From the NCBI GenBank assembly GCA_965223845.1, contig CBDCXR010000004.1, positions 4,896,001 through 4,960,000 of the forward strand: DNA of 64,000 bases. Direction: 5' to 3'. The stretch comes from Planctomycetota bacterium. Lineage in GTDB: Bacteria; Planctomycetota; UBA8108; SXIK01. A model generated the notes under the pieces. That model was not told the origin of the DNA, ran no database searches, and saw only the letters and a list, made by a program, of their open reading frames with translations. This document shows, piece by piece, positions 46,356-57,300 of the stretch. The first letter of the stretch is position 1, and the number at the start of each line of letters is the position of its first letter. A program made the translations under genes and the position numbers.

Positions 46356-47765
46356 ATGCTCCACGCAAACGTTCGGCGATTCGCGCTCTGTGTTCTCTTG
46401 ACGATTGTGTCGACGGCGGGAAGCCGCGCGCTCGGCGGCGAGGACGCCGGCGCACCGCCGAATTTCGTGATCGTGTTTCTCGACGACGCCGGTTGGTCCG
46501 ATTTCCAGCCGTTCGGAGCGCCGGCTTACAAGACTCCGAACGTCGAGCGCCTCGCCGCCGACGGTTGCCGGTTCGATAACTTCTACGTGCCGCAAGCGGT
46601 ATGTTCCGCCTCTCGCGCAGCCCTCCTCACAGGTTGCTACCCGGGACGGACGAAGGTCTTCGGCGCCCACGCTCCGCGCGCGAGAGGCCTCGACCCGAGC
46701 TTTCGAACGATCGCGGAAGTGCTGAAGCCGCGGGGATACAAGACGGGAGTCTTCGGCAAATGGCACGTCGGCGACCAGCCCGATACGCGTCCGCCCGCGC
46801 GCGGGTTCGACGAGTCGAGCGGGCTCATGTACTCGAACGACATGTGGGAGTTCCACCCCGAAAACCCGAAGTTCTGGGGAAAGCACCCGCTTCAGTTCTG
46901 GAAGAACGGGAAGATCACCATCGAGCGTGTGACGAAAGACGACCAGACGCACCTCACCACCTGGTACACCGAGCACGCGGTCGACTTCATCCGGCGAAAC
47001 AAGGACCACCCCTTCTTCGTCTACGTCCCCCACTCGATGCCGCACGTCCCGCTTTTCTGCAGCGAAAAGTTCCTTGGAAAGTCCGGTGCGGGTCTCTACG
47101 GCGACGTCATGATGGAGATCGACTGGTCGGTCGGCGAGATCGTCAAGGCGCTCGCCGAGACCGGCGTCACCGAGCGAACGCTCGTCATCTTTACGTCCGA
47201 CAACGGGCCGTGGATCTCCTACGGGAACCACGCCGGTGCGACTCCTTATCGCGAAGCTAAGGGGACGAGCTTCGACGGTGGCGTCCGGAGCGCGTGCGTC
47301 ATGAAGTTTCCGGGAAAGATCGCGCCCGGGACAACATCGACCCGCGCCTTCTCGACGCTCGATTTCCTGCCGACGATCGCGCATCTCGCCGGCGCCTCAC
47401 TCCCCGAGCATCCGATCGACGGCAAGAACGTCTGGGATCTCGTTCGCGGAGCGGCCGACGCGAAGAACCCCCATGAGTACTACCCGTTCTCGATTGGCGG
47501 ACGGTTCGAAGGGATCCTGAGCGGTGACGGCCGCTGGAAACTCCACGTCCCCCACGCCTACCGCACGCTCGTCCGGGCGGCGAACGACGGTGCGGCGGGC
47601 AAGTACCGGCAGGCGAAGATCGAGCTCGAGCTCTTCGATCTGGAGGCGGATCCGTACGAGAAGGAGAGCGTTCTCGAGCGTTATCCGGACGTCGCTCGCC
47701 GGCTGAAAGCGCTCGCCGAAAAGCACCGCAAGCAGTTCTACCCGAAGCAAAAACCGTTCGAGTGA
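46356..47765 (+). CDS. Sulfatase (arylsulfatase A-like)
   Basis: PPNFVIVFLDDAG, VCSASRAALLTG, GKWH, YSNDM, PHSMPHVP, SDNGPW. Confidence 0.94.
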   Translation: MLHANVRRFALCVLLTIVSTAGSRALGGEDAGAPPNFVIVFLDDAGWSDFQPFGAPAYKTPNVERLAADGCRFDNFYVPQAVCSASRAALLTGCYPGRTKVFGAHAPRARGLDPSFRTIAEVLKPRGYKTGVFGKWHVGDQPDTRPPARGFDESSGLMYSNDMWEFHPENPKFWGKHPLQFWKNGKITIERVTKDDQTHLTTWYTEHAVDFIRRNKDHPFFVYVPHSMPHVPLFCSEKFLGKSGAGLYGDVMMEIDWSVGEIVKALAETGVTERTLVIFTSDNGPWISYGNHAGATPYREAKGTSFDGGVRSACVMKFPGKIAPGTTSTRAFSTLDFLPTIAHLAGASLPEHPIDGKNVWDLVRGAADAKNPHEYYPFSIGGRFEGILSGDGRWKLHVPHAYRTLVRAANDGAAGKYRQAKIELELFDLEADPYEKESVLERYPDVARRLKALAEKHRKQFYPKQKPFE

Positions 47766-47880
47766 GCGCGCCATCGATTCTCTTCGAAGAGCTGCAGTCG
47801 AGGCGGGGCGATTCCACGCGCGCGAGGTCGGTGCTTCCTGACTCGAATGCGGAGATCGTCGTCTATTGTCGCGGTTTCTC
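47762..47880 (+). pseudogene. Possible rhodanese-domain remnant
   Basis: Translation SILFEELQSR...LPDSNAEIVVYCRG resembles the rhodanese SIPxxEL...LPxDxEIVVYC core; downstream sequence is unrelated. Confidence 0.4.
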
Positions 47881-47969
47881 GCGATTGAATCGTCTCTCGA
47901 TCGCGCGCGACGGAGGACGGGGCCGACCACGGTCGCGGCCCCGACCACCGTCACCGAGACGCCGGGAGT

Positions 47970-49676
47970 CTACTCCCCCGCGGTCCGCAGGCGCGGCTCG
48001 ATGATCGCGCGCATCAGCTCGACGGGCACTCGAAGCTGAAACTGACCGCGATCCGGACCGAACGTCGTCGCCGCGACGAGCGGCGCCTTCGATGCGCTCA
48101 TGCCCCCGAGCGCCTCCTTCATCTGGGCGGCTCCTGGATTCCCATCGGGAAGGCCACTGATGACCTCGCGCATGAGCTTGACTAAATCGTAGTCGAGGTA
48201 ACCGTGCCGGCCGGGCCCGAAGGCTCGGTGCGCTTCGAGGGTGAACGCCGGCGGGGTCGATCCGCTCTGGATCGAATCGATCATCTGATCCATCTTCGCC
48301 CCCGCGGCTCCGAACACGACGTAGTCACCTACGGCGGCGATTTCCGCTTGCTGCTCGAGCATCCCCGCGGCGATTCCCGGTCCCGCCGCTCCGATCCCCT
48401 TCATGTCGATCTTCTGATTCCAGCGGTGGATCGACACCTCTCCGTGCTTTCGCACATCCTTTTCGAGACCGGCGTCGATCCCCAATCCGAAGGACGAGTA
48501 GAGAGAGCCGAGCGCGCCTTCGGGCTTCGCGAGGTCGACCGCGGTGCTCACCATATCGAGCATCTTCGCCCCGTCCTTCACCCCGACAACGTAGTCGAAG
48601 GCGAGCGATCCATCCGCGATATCCATCGTGAACACGCCAGTCCCGTCCCATGCTTCGCGCGTCTGATCGAAGAGCGAGAGCAGCTTCGGATCGGCGATCG
48701 CATTCATCCCCGTGTCGCTCGCGACTTGGCGGAACAGATTCGAGAACAGATTCGAGAACGCCGTACTGTCGAGCGCATACGTCATCGCCAAAGCGCCGCC
48801 GGGAGCGAGTGGGCTCTCCGCGGGTGCCGTCTTCAACGCCGATTGGCTAAACAGCGCGGCGATGTCGGAGCCAGCCTTCGCCGAGACGACCTTCGAAACG
48901 TCGAAGCCTTTCGCACCGGCCGTGAGATCGACCTGAACCGAACTGCACTGTCCGAGGAGCGAAAGCATTCCGCTCAGCTCCGCGCGGAGAATGCCGGCGA
49001 GATTCGAAGCCGCGCCTTCGGGCGCGTTTCCGCCCATGGCGGCAAAGCCGCTCACGAGTCCGACGAGCCCGTTCATCTGATTGCGAATGAGATCGCCGTA
49101 GACGCTCATCAACCGCTCGGCGCCGATGTAGATCCGCGCCGTGGAGTCGAGACCGCTGGCGCTCGCGTAGACCGAGTTCGCCTTGCTGGAAGCTTCCAGG
49201 GCTTCCAGAGTTTGAGCGACGGTGAGCACTCCGTCGGCGAATTTTGTCTTCACGCCCATGAGCGCGAGTCGCTCGCTGATCGGCTTCTCTTGACGAATCG
49301 GAAGAAAACCGACGACGAGGGGCATGCCTCCGGTCTGTCCCGGCTTGAGCACCGCGATGGCGATCGGCTTCGATGCGTCGAGATGGTCGAGCTGAGGGTC
49401 GCCGAGCGCCTGGCCGATCTGGCCCTTGAGTTGATCCGGGTGCGCCTGCCTCCCGAGACTCGGATCGATCGCGTTCGCCAGTTCGCTCACGCCGCTGAGC
49501 ACTCCATCGAGGCTCGGCAGCGCGACGTACGCGAGGACTTCCGCGGAGTCCGGTTCCACCGGAGCCGGCACGGCCGGCGCCTTTCCCCGCCCTCCGCCGG
49601 TGCAACCGATGAAAGCGATGGAACTCGCCGCGAGGATCGCGACGAACGTCTGGGTGAGTTTCCGAGGGTGCCGCAT
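47970..49676 (-). CDS. Lipoprotein of unknown function
   Basis: GGAG RBS; signal ending IAFIG-C (lipobox); 568 aa with coding-like composition. Confidence 0.82.
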   Translation of the reverse strand: MRHPRKLTQTFVAILAASSIAFIGCTGGGRGKAPAVPAPVEPDSAEVLAYVALPSLDGVLSGVSELANAIDPSLGRQAHPDQLKGQIGQALGDPQLDHLDASKPIAIAVLKPGQTGGMPLVVGFLPIRQEKPISERLALMGVKTKFADGVLTVAQTLEALEASSKANSVYASASGLDSTARIYIGAERLMSVYGDLIRNQMNGLVGLVSGFAAMGGNAPEGAASNLAGILRAELSGMLSLLGQCSSVQVDLTAGAKGFDVSKVVSAKAGSDIAALFSQSALKTAPAESPLAPGGALAMTYALDSTAFSNLFSNLFRQVASDTGMNAIADPKLLSLFDQTREAWDGTGVFTMDIADGSLAFDYVVGVKDGAKMLDMVSTAVDLAKPEGALGSLYSSFGLGIDAGLEKDVRKHGEVSIHRWNQKIDMKGIGAAGPGIAAGMLEQQAEIAAVGDYVVFGAAGAKMDQMIDSIQSGSTPPAFTLEAHRAFGPGRHGYLDYDLVKLMREVISGLPDGNPGAAQMKEALGGMSASKAPLVAATTFGPDRGQFQLRVPVELMRAIIEPRLRTAGE

Positions 49677-49978
49677 TTCGAGTCTCCCTTCTCTCCGGCG
49701 CGAATCGTTTCTGAGCGGAGCCCAAGCGCAGTCCAGCCCCGAACCTGGGAGGACAAACGCTCCCAGGGACCGGTGTCCTGATCGTGCTCCCGGGCCCGTA
49801 CAGCCGACACGCTAACAAGATCGTGTCGCCGCGAAAAGAGACGGCCAAAGGGAGCTTTCGTTTCGCGATCTCTGCCGGCGATCGCACATTCCTCGGGCGG
49901 GCTGATTCCGACGGAATCGAGTATCATGACGCGCTCACTCGAACCCGCGCTCTCGCCGCGCAAGTCCAGGAAGCCGCG

Positions 49979-51172
49979 ATGACAACGATTCCTCTCCCGG
50001 CGTACCGCCGCCTCGGATTCTACGCCTCTCTGCTCGTCGGCGTTCATGCGTCGAGCGTTCTTTCGATCGCCGCAGAGGACGCAAAGCCGGCGACCGTCTC
50101 GCGTGGTTATACGATTCCGACGATCGACCTCGCCGCCCAAGCGTTCCGCCAGATCATCGTCGACCGCGAGAAGGGTCAGTACCTCGGCCACCCGACGACG
50201 GTGCTCCTCGAGGACGGTCGGACGATCATCACCGTCTATCCGAAGGGTCACGGCCGCGGCGGCATCGTGATGAAGCGGAGCATGGACGGCGGCCGCTCTT
50301 GGGGCGAGCGTCTCCCCGTGCCCGAGAACTGGGCGACGAGCAAGGAGACCCCGACGATTCATCGTGTGATCGACAAGACCGGAACGAAACGCCTGATCCT
50401 CTTCTCGGGACTGTACCCGATCCGCATGTCGGTTTCCGAGGACGACGGCGTCGAATGGACGCCGCTCGCGCCGATCGGCGACTTCGGCGGCATCGTCGCC
50501 ATGGGGTGCGTCGAGCGGCTCAAGAACGGAGATTACCTGGCGCTCTTCCACGATGACGGCCGCTTCATTCGAAAAGGCGGTGCACCGAGGAAATTCCTCG
50601 TCTACAAGACCCTCTCCCGCGACGGCGGGCTCACGTGGGGAGATCCGCAACCGATCGCCACGCATCCCGTCGCCCATCTCTGCGAACCGGGTCTCGTCCG
50701 ATCACCGGACGGAAAGCAGATCGCGGTTCTTCTCCGCGAGAACAGCCGGCGTCTCAACTCCTTCGTCATACTGTCGAACGACGAAGGAGAAACTTGGTCG
50801 GAGCCGCGCGAGCTTCCGGGTGCGCTCACGGGCGATCGACACATCGGTCGCTACGCGAAGGACGGGCGTCTCTTCATCACGTTTCGCGACCGAACGCACG
50901 AGAGTCCGACGCCCGGCGATTGGGTGGCGTGGGTCGGGAAATACGAAGACATCGTCGAAGGACGCGAAGGGCAGTACCGCGTTCGCCTGATGGACAACAC
51001 AAAGGGATCCGACTGCGCGTACCCGGGTCTCGAGCTCCTACCGGATGGCACTTTCGTCACGACGACCTACGGCCACTGGACGAAGGGCGAGGCGCCCTAC
51101 ATCGTGAGCGTGCGCGTTCGGATCGAAGAGATCGATGCCCTCGCCCGCCGGCAGAAATCCCGAGATTCCTGA
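49979..51172 (+). CDS. BNR/Asp-box sialidase-like beta-propeller
   Basis: Four Asp-boxes (SMDGGRSW, SEDDGVEW, SRDGGLTW, SNDEGETW), CEP and DCAYP motifs. Confidence 0.88.
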   Translation: MTTIPLPAYRRLGFYASLLVGVHASSVLSIAAEDAKPATVSRGYTIPTIDLAAQAFRQIIVDREKGQYLGHPTTVLLEDGRTIITVYPKGHGRGGIVMKRSMDGGRSWGERLPVPENWATSKETPTIHRVIDKTGTKRLILFSGLYPIRMSVSEDDGVEWTPLAPIGDFGGIVAMGCVERLKNGDYLALFHDDGRFIRKGGAPRKFLVYKTLSRDGGLTWGDPQPIATHPVAHLCEPGLVRSPDGKQIAVLLRENSRRLNSFVILSNDEGETWSEPRELPGALTGDRHIGRYAKDGRLFITFRDRTHESPTPGDWVAWVGKYEDIVEGREGQYRVRLMDNTKGSDCAYPGLELLPDGTFVTTTYGHWTKGEAPYIVSVRVRIEEIDALARRQKSRDS

Positions 51173-51259
51173 CGCCCGTCGCCGGTGAACGATTCGACGC
51201 GAACCGCTTGCCCCGATTCCTGCCGCTCGCGGCCGCGGATCGGCACCCGGAGAGGAATC

Positions 51260-52267
51260 ATGCTCGCGCTCGCGGCGATCCTCGTCTCTCCGGTGGTCCC
51301 CGCTGCGGATCCCGAAGCCGGCGCCGATCGAGCGCCGCTTCCGCTCTCCCGGGACCGCGACGGCTTCGGGCTCTTCGACTATCGTGATCCAACTCCGCTC
51401 GCCGCGCTGCACCTCCGACTGCCGACGAGTCTCCCGCGCGCCTTAGAGGCGCGGGACGGCGCGGTGAAGCTTCAATTCGACATCGCGAGCATGTACGCCG
51501 CCGCTCCCGGCGTTCTCGTCGACGCGGAGACGTACGCCCTCCGATTCAGTCACTGGTTCGCGTTTACGCGAAACTTCTTCGTCGGGTTCGAAAGCTCCGT
51601 CTACGCGCGAGACGAAGGGATCCTCGATCCACCGATCGAAGACGCGCAGGAGCTTTTCCACGTGGCCGACCGGGGACGAAGCGATCGCGGACACAACTCG
51701 TACGCGGTCCGCGTCACCGATCGAAACGGCAGTGTTCGCGAGCTCGACCGCGGGCCGGGCGTCGGCGGGGGACTGACGTTTCGCGCGCACTGGACGATCT
51801 ACGACGTTCCGGACGACTGGCTTCCCGCGATTTCTCTCGGCAGCTGGGTTCAGCTTCCCAGCTTCTCACCGGGATTCGGCTCGCGCGGAGTCGATATCGG
51901 TCTGCAGCTCGGGGCTCAGAAGCGTGTTCACGAACGCGTTTATCTCTACGGCGTCGGTGGGTCGACCTATCTCCACGATCACCGCACCGAGGGCATCGAG
52001 TTCGAAGAGTTCACGTACCAGCTGACGATCGGAGCCGAGCTCGTCCTCGTTCCGAACGAACTTTCCCTCGTCGCGCAGTACACTGTCGACTCGCCTCTCC
52101 TCCGCGACGTGCGGATCTTCGATCGCCACCGAAACACGGCGGGCGGCGGGCTCCGCTGGCAGCTCGGCCGGCATGTCCATCTGTCCATCGGCGCGATGAC
52201 GAGTCTTCCGCCCTACGAGAACGCGCCGGACCTCACGGTGATGGCGGCGATCGAGCTGCGGTCGTAG
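51260..52267 (+). CDS. Probable outer-membrane beta-barrel (DUF3187-like)
   Basis: GAGGA RBS, signal peptide, VDAET, GILDPPIE..ELF and FGSRGVDIG; alternating beta-strands. Confidence 0.65.
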   Translation: MLALAAILVSPVVPAADPEAGADRAPLPLSRDRDGFGLFDYRDPTPLAALHLRLPTSLPRALEARDGAVKLQFDIASMYAAAPGVLVDAETYALRFSHWFAFTRNFFVGFESSVYARDEGILDPPIEDAQELFHVADRGRSDRGHNSYAVRVTDRNGSVRELDRGPGVGGGLTFRAHWTIYDVPDDWLPAISLGSWVQLPSFSPGFGSRGVDIGLQLGAQKRVHERVYLYGVGGSTYLHDHRTEGIEFEEFTYQLTIGAELVLVPNELSLVAQYTVDSPLLRDVRIFDRHRNTAGGGLRWQLGRHVHLSIGAMTSLPPYENAPDLTVMAAIELRS

Positions 52268-54206
52268 CGATTTCGACCGACACGCGCACCCTCACGAGCT
52301 CGCCGAAGTGAGCGGCCGCCGCGCCGGCAAACCGATCCGCCATCGCAGGCGGCGGCGGTTGCGGAGCGACGACGTTCACCCGAAGCTCGATCGGTCGCGC
52401 GCCGACACGCTGGACGTCGACGGATTCTGCTGCGCAGGCCGAAACGGCGAGCTGCTCGATCTCGTCGACGAGAGAAGGCGGAACTCCAGCCCGCCAGAGC
52501 GAGGCGACGAGAAGTCCCGCGGCGACGACGAGAAGGAGGGCGACGCGGAGTGTCCACCGACGGGCACGTCCGTGCTGGTGGGCGACGCGGAGTCCGACCG
52601 CCCACAGGCTGAATGACGCCCCGATGACGATCGCGACGATATTCGTGAGAAAGAGGAGAGCCGCGCCCCCCGCCACTTCTCGCGCACCGAGCGACACCGC
52701 GAGTCCGATCGTCGAGACGGGCGGAACGAGCGCCGCAGCGATCGCTACGCCCGGAAGCGCACCGGAGAGCCCGGGCCGCGACGTCGCGTACGCGGCGGCT
52801 ACTCCGCTGAAAAATGCGACCCCGAGGTCGAGCATGCGCGGCGAGCCGCGCGCGAGCATCTCTTCGGTTGGCACAAGCAGATCCGGAACGAGCGCTCCGA
52901 CGACGTAGGCGATGCAAAACGCGAGCAAGAACCCGAGGGCGACCGAGCGCACGGCATTTCGGATGAGCCGGAGGTTTCCCTGGACGAGCGCGAGGCCCGT
53001 CCCGAGGAGAGGCGTCATCAGCGGTGCGACGAGCATCGCTCCGATCACCACCGCGGCCGAGTTCTGCACGAGACCGAACGACGCGATGAGCGTCGAGAGG
53101 CACATGAGAGAAACGAAATCGAAATCCCACCGCGAGTTCGACTGCACCCGCTCGACGAGGGCGATGCGATCCTCGCGCTCGAGCTGTGGGACGAGCGAAG
53201 TCAAGGAACGCTCGATGAACTGCTGCGCCCGCCCTGCGATGGGAAGGCTCGCGCGGACGACTCCGACGGCCGGCGGATCGTTCTGCTCGAGGAGCCGTTC
53301 TGCCGTCGATCCGACCAGGCCGCGACGGATGAATCGGTCGGAAGGCGCACCGAGAAGGAGTAAGTCGTAGCCCTTCGCCTGCATTTCCGCGATGCCGGTC
53401 CGCGCCTTGTTCGCCACGGCGACCTTGAGCCGAACCCGATCGCTGTCGCTACCGACCGCGCCGCGCACCACTCGCTGCAAGATCCGGAGTCCGACGAGCT
53501 GTGCGTCGGCGCCGACCTCGGGCTCGACGAAGAGCGCCGTCACGCGCCCGGCTTCGCGCTCGGCGAGTGCGATCCCGAGCTGAAGCGACGCGCGGCAGTG
53601 GCTCGACGGGATCGACGGGACGAGGATTTCGCACCGGCCATCGCCGTCCCCGCCGGTGACCTCCCCGTCGCCCGAAGACTCGCTATCGCCATCGTCGACG
53701 CTCGCGGCTTCCGCGACGCCGGCACGAAGAAGCAAGGTCTCACATGGCGCGCGATGGAAGAGCGCTTGCTGGAGCTCGCCGTAGGGAGTTTCGATCCTCT
53801 CCTTCCCGCACCACGGAAGGACGAGGAGCTCGCAGCTCTTCTCGTGAAGTAGTTTCAATACGCCGGCAGCGAGATCCCCGTAGACGATCTCGCAGAGAGA
53901 GGCGGACGGAGGACCGTTCTTGTCCTCCGGTGTCGCAGCCTCGGTTGCCGTCGCGGCCCCATCGTCGCCTGTCTCGGCGTCCACTTGCGCGAGGAGCTCT
54001 CGAACCACCGCGCAGGCGGCGTCGACCGGAGTGTCCGCACCGTTACGAGATTCGATGTCGACCTCGCCGATGCGGTCGTCCCCACCGCCGGTCGCCCGCG
54101 GGACGGCGACGCACAGCGGAAGCTCGCGCGCCTGCGCCAGCCTCCATCCCCACCGGACATACGCTTCGACGGCACACTCTTCTGCCGCTACGACCACGAC
54201 CGACAT
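52233..54206 (-). CDS. DUF389 membrane protein with N-terminal universal-stress-protein-like domains
   Basis: NSAAVVIGAMLVAPLMTP, EMLARGSP, GVAIAAALVPP, LLFLTNIVAI; USP-like YDLLLLGA..GLVGSTAERLL. Confidence 0.88.
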   Translation of the reverse strand: MSVVVVAAEECAVEAYVRWGWRLAQARELPLCVAVPRATGGGDDRIGEVDIESRNGADTPVDAACAVVRELLAQVDAETGDDGAATATEAATPEDKNGPPSASLCEIVYGDLAAGVLKLLHEKSCELLVLPWCGKERIETPYGELQQALFHRAPCETLLLRAGVAEAASVDDGDSESSGDGEVTGGDGDGRCEILVPSIPSSHCRASLQLGIALAEREAGRVTALFVEPEVGADAQLVGLRILQRVVRGAVGSDSDRVRLKVAVANKARTGIAEMQAKGYDLLLLGAPSDRFIRRGLVGSTAERLLEQNDPPAVGVVRASLPIAGRAQQFIERSLTSLVPQLEREDRIALVERVQSNSRWDFDFVSLMCLSTLIASFGLVQNSAAVVIGAMLVAPLMTPLLGTGLALVQGNLRLIRNAVRSVALGFLLAFCIAYVVGALVPDLLVPTEEMLARGSPRMLDLGVAFFSGVAAAYATSRPGLSGALPGVAIAAALVPPVSTIGLAVSLGAREVAGGAALLFLTNIVAIVIGASFSLWAVGLRVAHQHGRARRWTLRVALLLVVAAGLLVASLWRAGVPPSLVDEIEQLAVSACAAESVDVQRVGARPIELRVNVVAPQPPPPAMADRFAGAAAAHFGELVRVRVSVEIATTAARSPPSP

Positions 54207-54357
54207 GCGCGCCAGTCTACTCGAGCTCGTCGTTCCTTGCGACGTGCTCCCAAGCGGAGGTGAGCCGGGTTGCTGCGCTCGGAAAGGGCTCGAAAAGGGG
54301 GACCGATGGGCGGCCATTCTACTGGCGCACCCTAGCCGGTCGTGGTGACATCACGGC

Positions 54358-57300
54358 ATGTCGATCTTAGCCACCTGCGCAAGAAGCTTGCGTCGGCCAG
54401 AAAACGATCCTCTCGGACAGCCTCGCTGTCGCGAGTCCTCGACGATTCATCTAGAATCGCCCGCGGTTCGCTTCGCGGTGCCCACCGGGAGACCTCGTTG
54501 TCCGACCTCGCTGCCGCGGCGATCGAGCCGAAGTCGCACTTGCGTCGCTGCGTGTGCCCTCGGATTCGCGGTTCTGTTGAGCGCGACGGCTCGCCCCGAA
54601 CCGTGTCGTCCCGAGCTCCGGAGTCTCGGACCAGCCATTCCGCTCCCGCTCGAGGCACCGCAGGATATCGCGGTCGATCCCGCGACCGGGACACTGTGGA
54701 TTACGTCGGGTCTCTCGAACGAGATCCTCGTGCTCGACGCGGATCTCGATGTCGTCGGCAGCATCGACGCCCCGTTCCTCGGCAGTCCCGCGGGCGCGAC
54801 CGGCATCGCCTACGACGAACTCGACGATGCGCTGTGGGTCATCCGACCGACGACACAGGAAGCTTGGCAGCTCGCGCGCGACGGCGAGCCGACCGGCCGC
54901 GTCGTTTTCCTCGACTTGCCGCCTCCGGTGAACATCATTCCGCGGCCGTTTCCCCGCGGGATCGCGTTCGACCGCGACGGCGACGGCGGTCGCGGTTCCT
55001 TGTGGGTGGTCGAGTCCGTGATGACGGCCGTCTACGAAGTCGCGCTCGACGGAGCGATCCTCCGCTCGTTCTGTCACCCCGACGACCCGGACGGTTGCCC
55101 GGGGACGGGTCGAGCTGCGTTCGCTCGCGACGTCGGACTCATCCGCGACGGCGAGGAGGTCGTCGAGCTCGAGCTCGTCGGCGGCCTGACGGGAGATGAG
55201 CAAGTTCGGCGCTTGTCGGTCGATGGCGAGCTCGAGCCGTTCAGCATCCCCCTTCGCGAGATCGGCGGATCGCCGGGCGCGTTCGCGCGGGGGACGGTCG
55301 TCGACCCCGAGAGCGGTGAGAGCGTCGATGCGTTCTACGTCACCGTAGAATCGAGCGCCGAGTTGCAGGTTCTCGCCGTGATTCCGGCTCTCGCCCCAGC
55401 GATCACCGAGCTCACTTGTACGGCTTCGGCGTCGGCGGTCGAGCTCACGTGGAACGACCACAGCGCGCCGTACGTCCGGACGGAAATCCTGCGCGACGGG
55501 AAACGCATCGCGCTACTCGACGCCGGCGCGCGGTCGTTCACCGACCCCGCGCCGAGCGAAGGAGTCTCGGAGTACGTCGTCCGCGCCCACGCAGAGTCTT
55601 GCGTGAGCGAGCTCTCCTGTCTCGCGGTCGTCGGCGCCGGTCGAGTTCTCGCGTCGGCTACGTTCGAGCACGGAAACGCACAGGATCTCGCCGAAGACAA
55701 TCACGGCACGTTTTGGGTTACGACGCGGGACAATCTCGTCGTCGCGGTCGATGGCGACTTCGAGATCGTCGAAACGTTTTCGAGCCCCTTCGCGGACGAG
55801 GACTCCCTCACGACCGGCATCGCGTACGACTCGGCAAACGACCTCCTCTTCGTCTACGACACGGCGACGCATCGAATCGCTCCGATGCATCGAAACGGGT
55901 TCGTGCTCGCGAGTGCGCCCACGCCGAGCGGCTACACCGTGAACGAAGACGAGCCGCGCTACATCGCAGCTCTTCTCTTCGATCCCGCCGGCGACGCGGG
56001 AGCGGGTTCGTTTTGGTACTACGACGCGTCGAACGCTCTCTACGAAGAGCGCACTCGCCGCGGCGCCCTTCTGCGGAGCTGTCCGCATCCGGACGACGAG
56101 GGTGCGATCGCGCCGGATGGATCGCCGTTTCTACCGCTCGCCTGGGGTCTCTCCGCGGTACCGGGAAAAGGATTCGAGCTGCTCGAGGCGTCGATGGGTG
56201 CGGTCCGCGACTCCCGTGTGAATCGAATCGCACAGATTCGGACTGCAGATTGCGCGCCGACCGGATTCGAGATCCCACTCGCAGGACTCGCGTCGATCTC
56301 CCGCCCCCCCGCTCTCGTTTACCACCGAACGCGAGGACCCGAGGGCGAGGACGTCGCGATCGCGATCAACACCTTCACCGCGCGACCGTATATCGCACGC
56401 ATCGATGCGAGTGGACCGGAAGTTCCACCACCGACACAGTTCGAATGTTCGCAGCCGACGGGCGAGCTCGCCGTCTATCTGTCGTTCGCGGCGCCCGAAG
56501 GGGTCGACCGAATCGAGATCCGTCGGGATGGCGAGCTGATCGCCAGGCTGTCGGAATCCGACACGTCCTACACCGACCGCGTCGACTCGACCGGTCTCTT
56601 CGAATACGCCATTACCGCGCAGCGCGGACGGGCGACGAGCGACGAGCGACGCTGCACCGTGCGCGTCGGTCCGGGGTCGATCGCCTCGCGCGAGTTCGTG
56701 TTCCCCGCGCCGATGGTAGTCCATCAGGTCGCGTTCGATCCTCAGGCACGCGAGTACGTCGCGGCGTCGACGACGCGGAAGTGGGCGGGGCAGCTCTACT
56801 TCTACGACGAGAACCTCGTGTACCGCCGCAGCGCGCCGAGCCCGTTTCAGGATCCCGTGCAGATCGCTGCGATGGCCGTACGGCCGCGCGTTGGCGCATC
56901 GTGGATCTACGCACTCGGTTGGACACCGGGTCTACCGCCGACGTCGAAGCAGAAGTATCGAATGCGCGTCGTCACGCCGTCGGGGGAAGTCGTCGACGAG
57001 TTCGACGTCGAACCCCCGCGTCCACGCGAAACATTCCTCGTCTTTCCGAGCGGTCTCGCCTGGGACGAGCACACCGAGTCGCTGTGGCTCCTCGAGAGAA
57101 ACGCGGCGGTGATCCTTCAGCTCTCGCCGGATGGGGACCCGATCTCGTCCTTTCCGCACCCCGCGCCGTTTCACCAGGACCGCGTCCACAACTACGGCGT
57201 CGCCATCGACGCGGCGCGCGGCGCACTCTACCTGACGAGTGGCGATCGCCTCGACCAGAGCGTCACGTCGATCGTCGAGCTCACGCGGAGTGGCCGCCTG

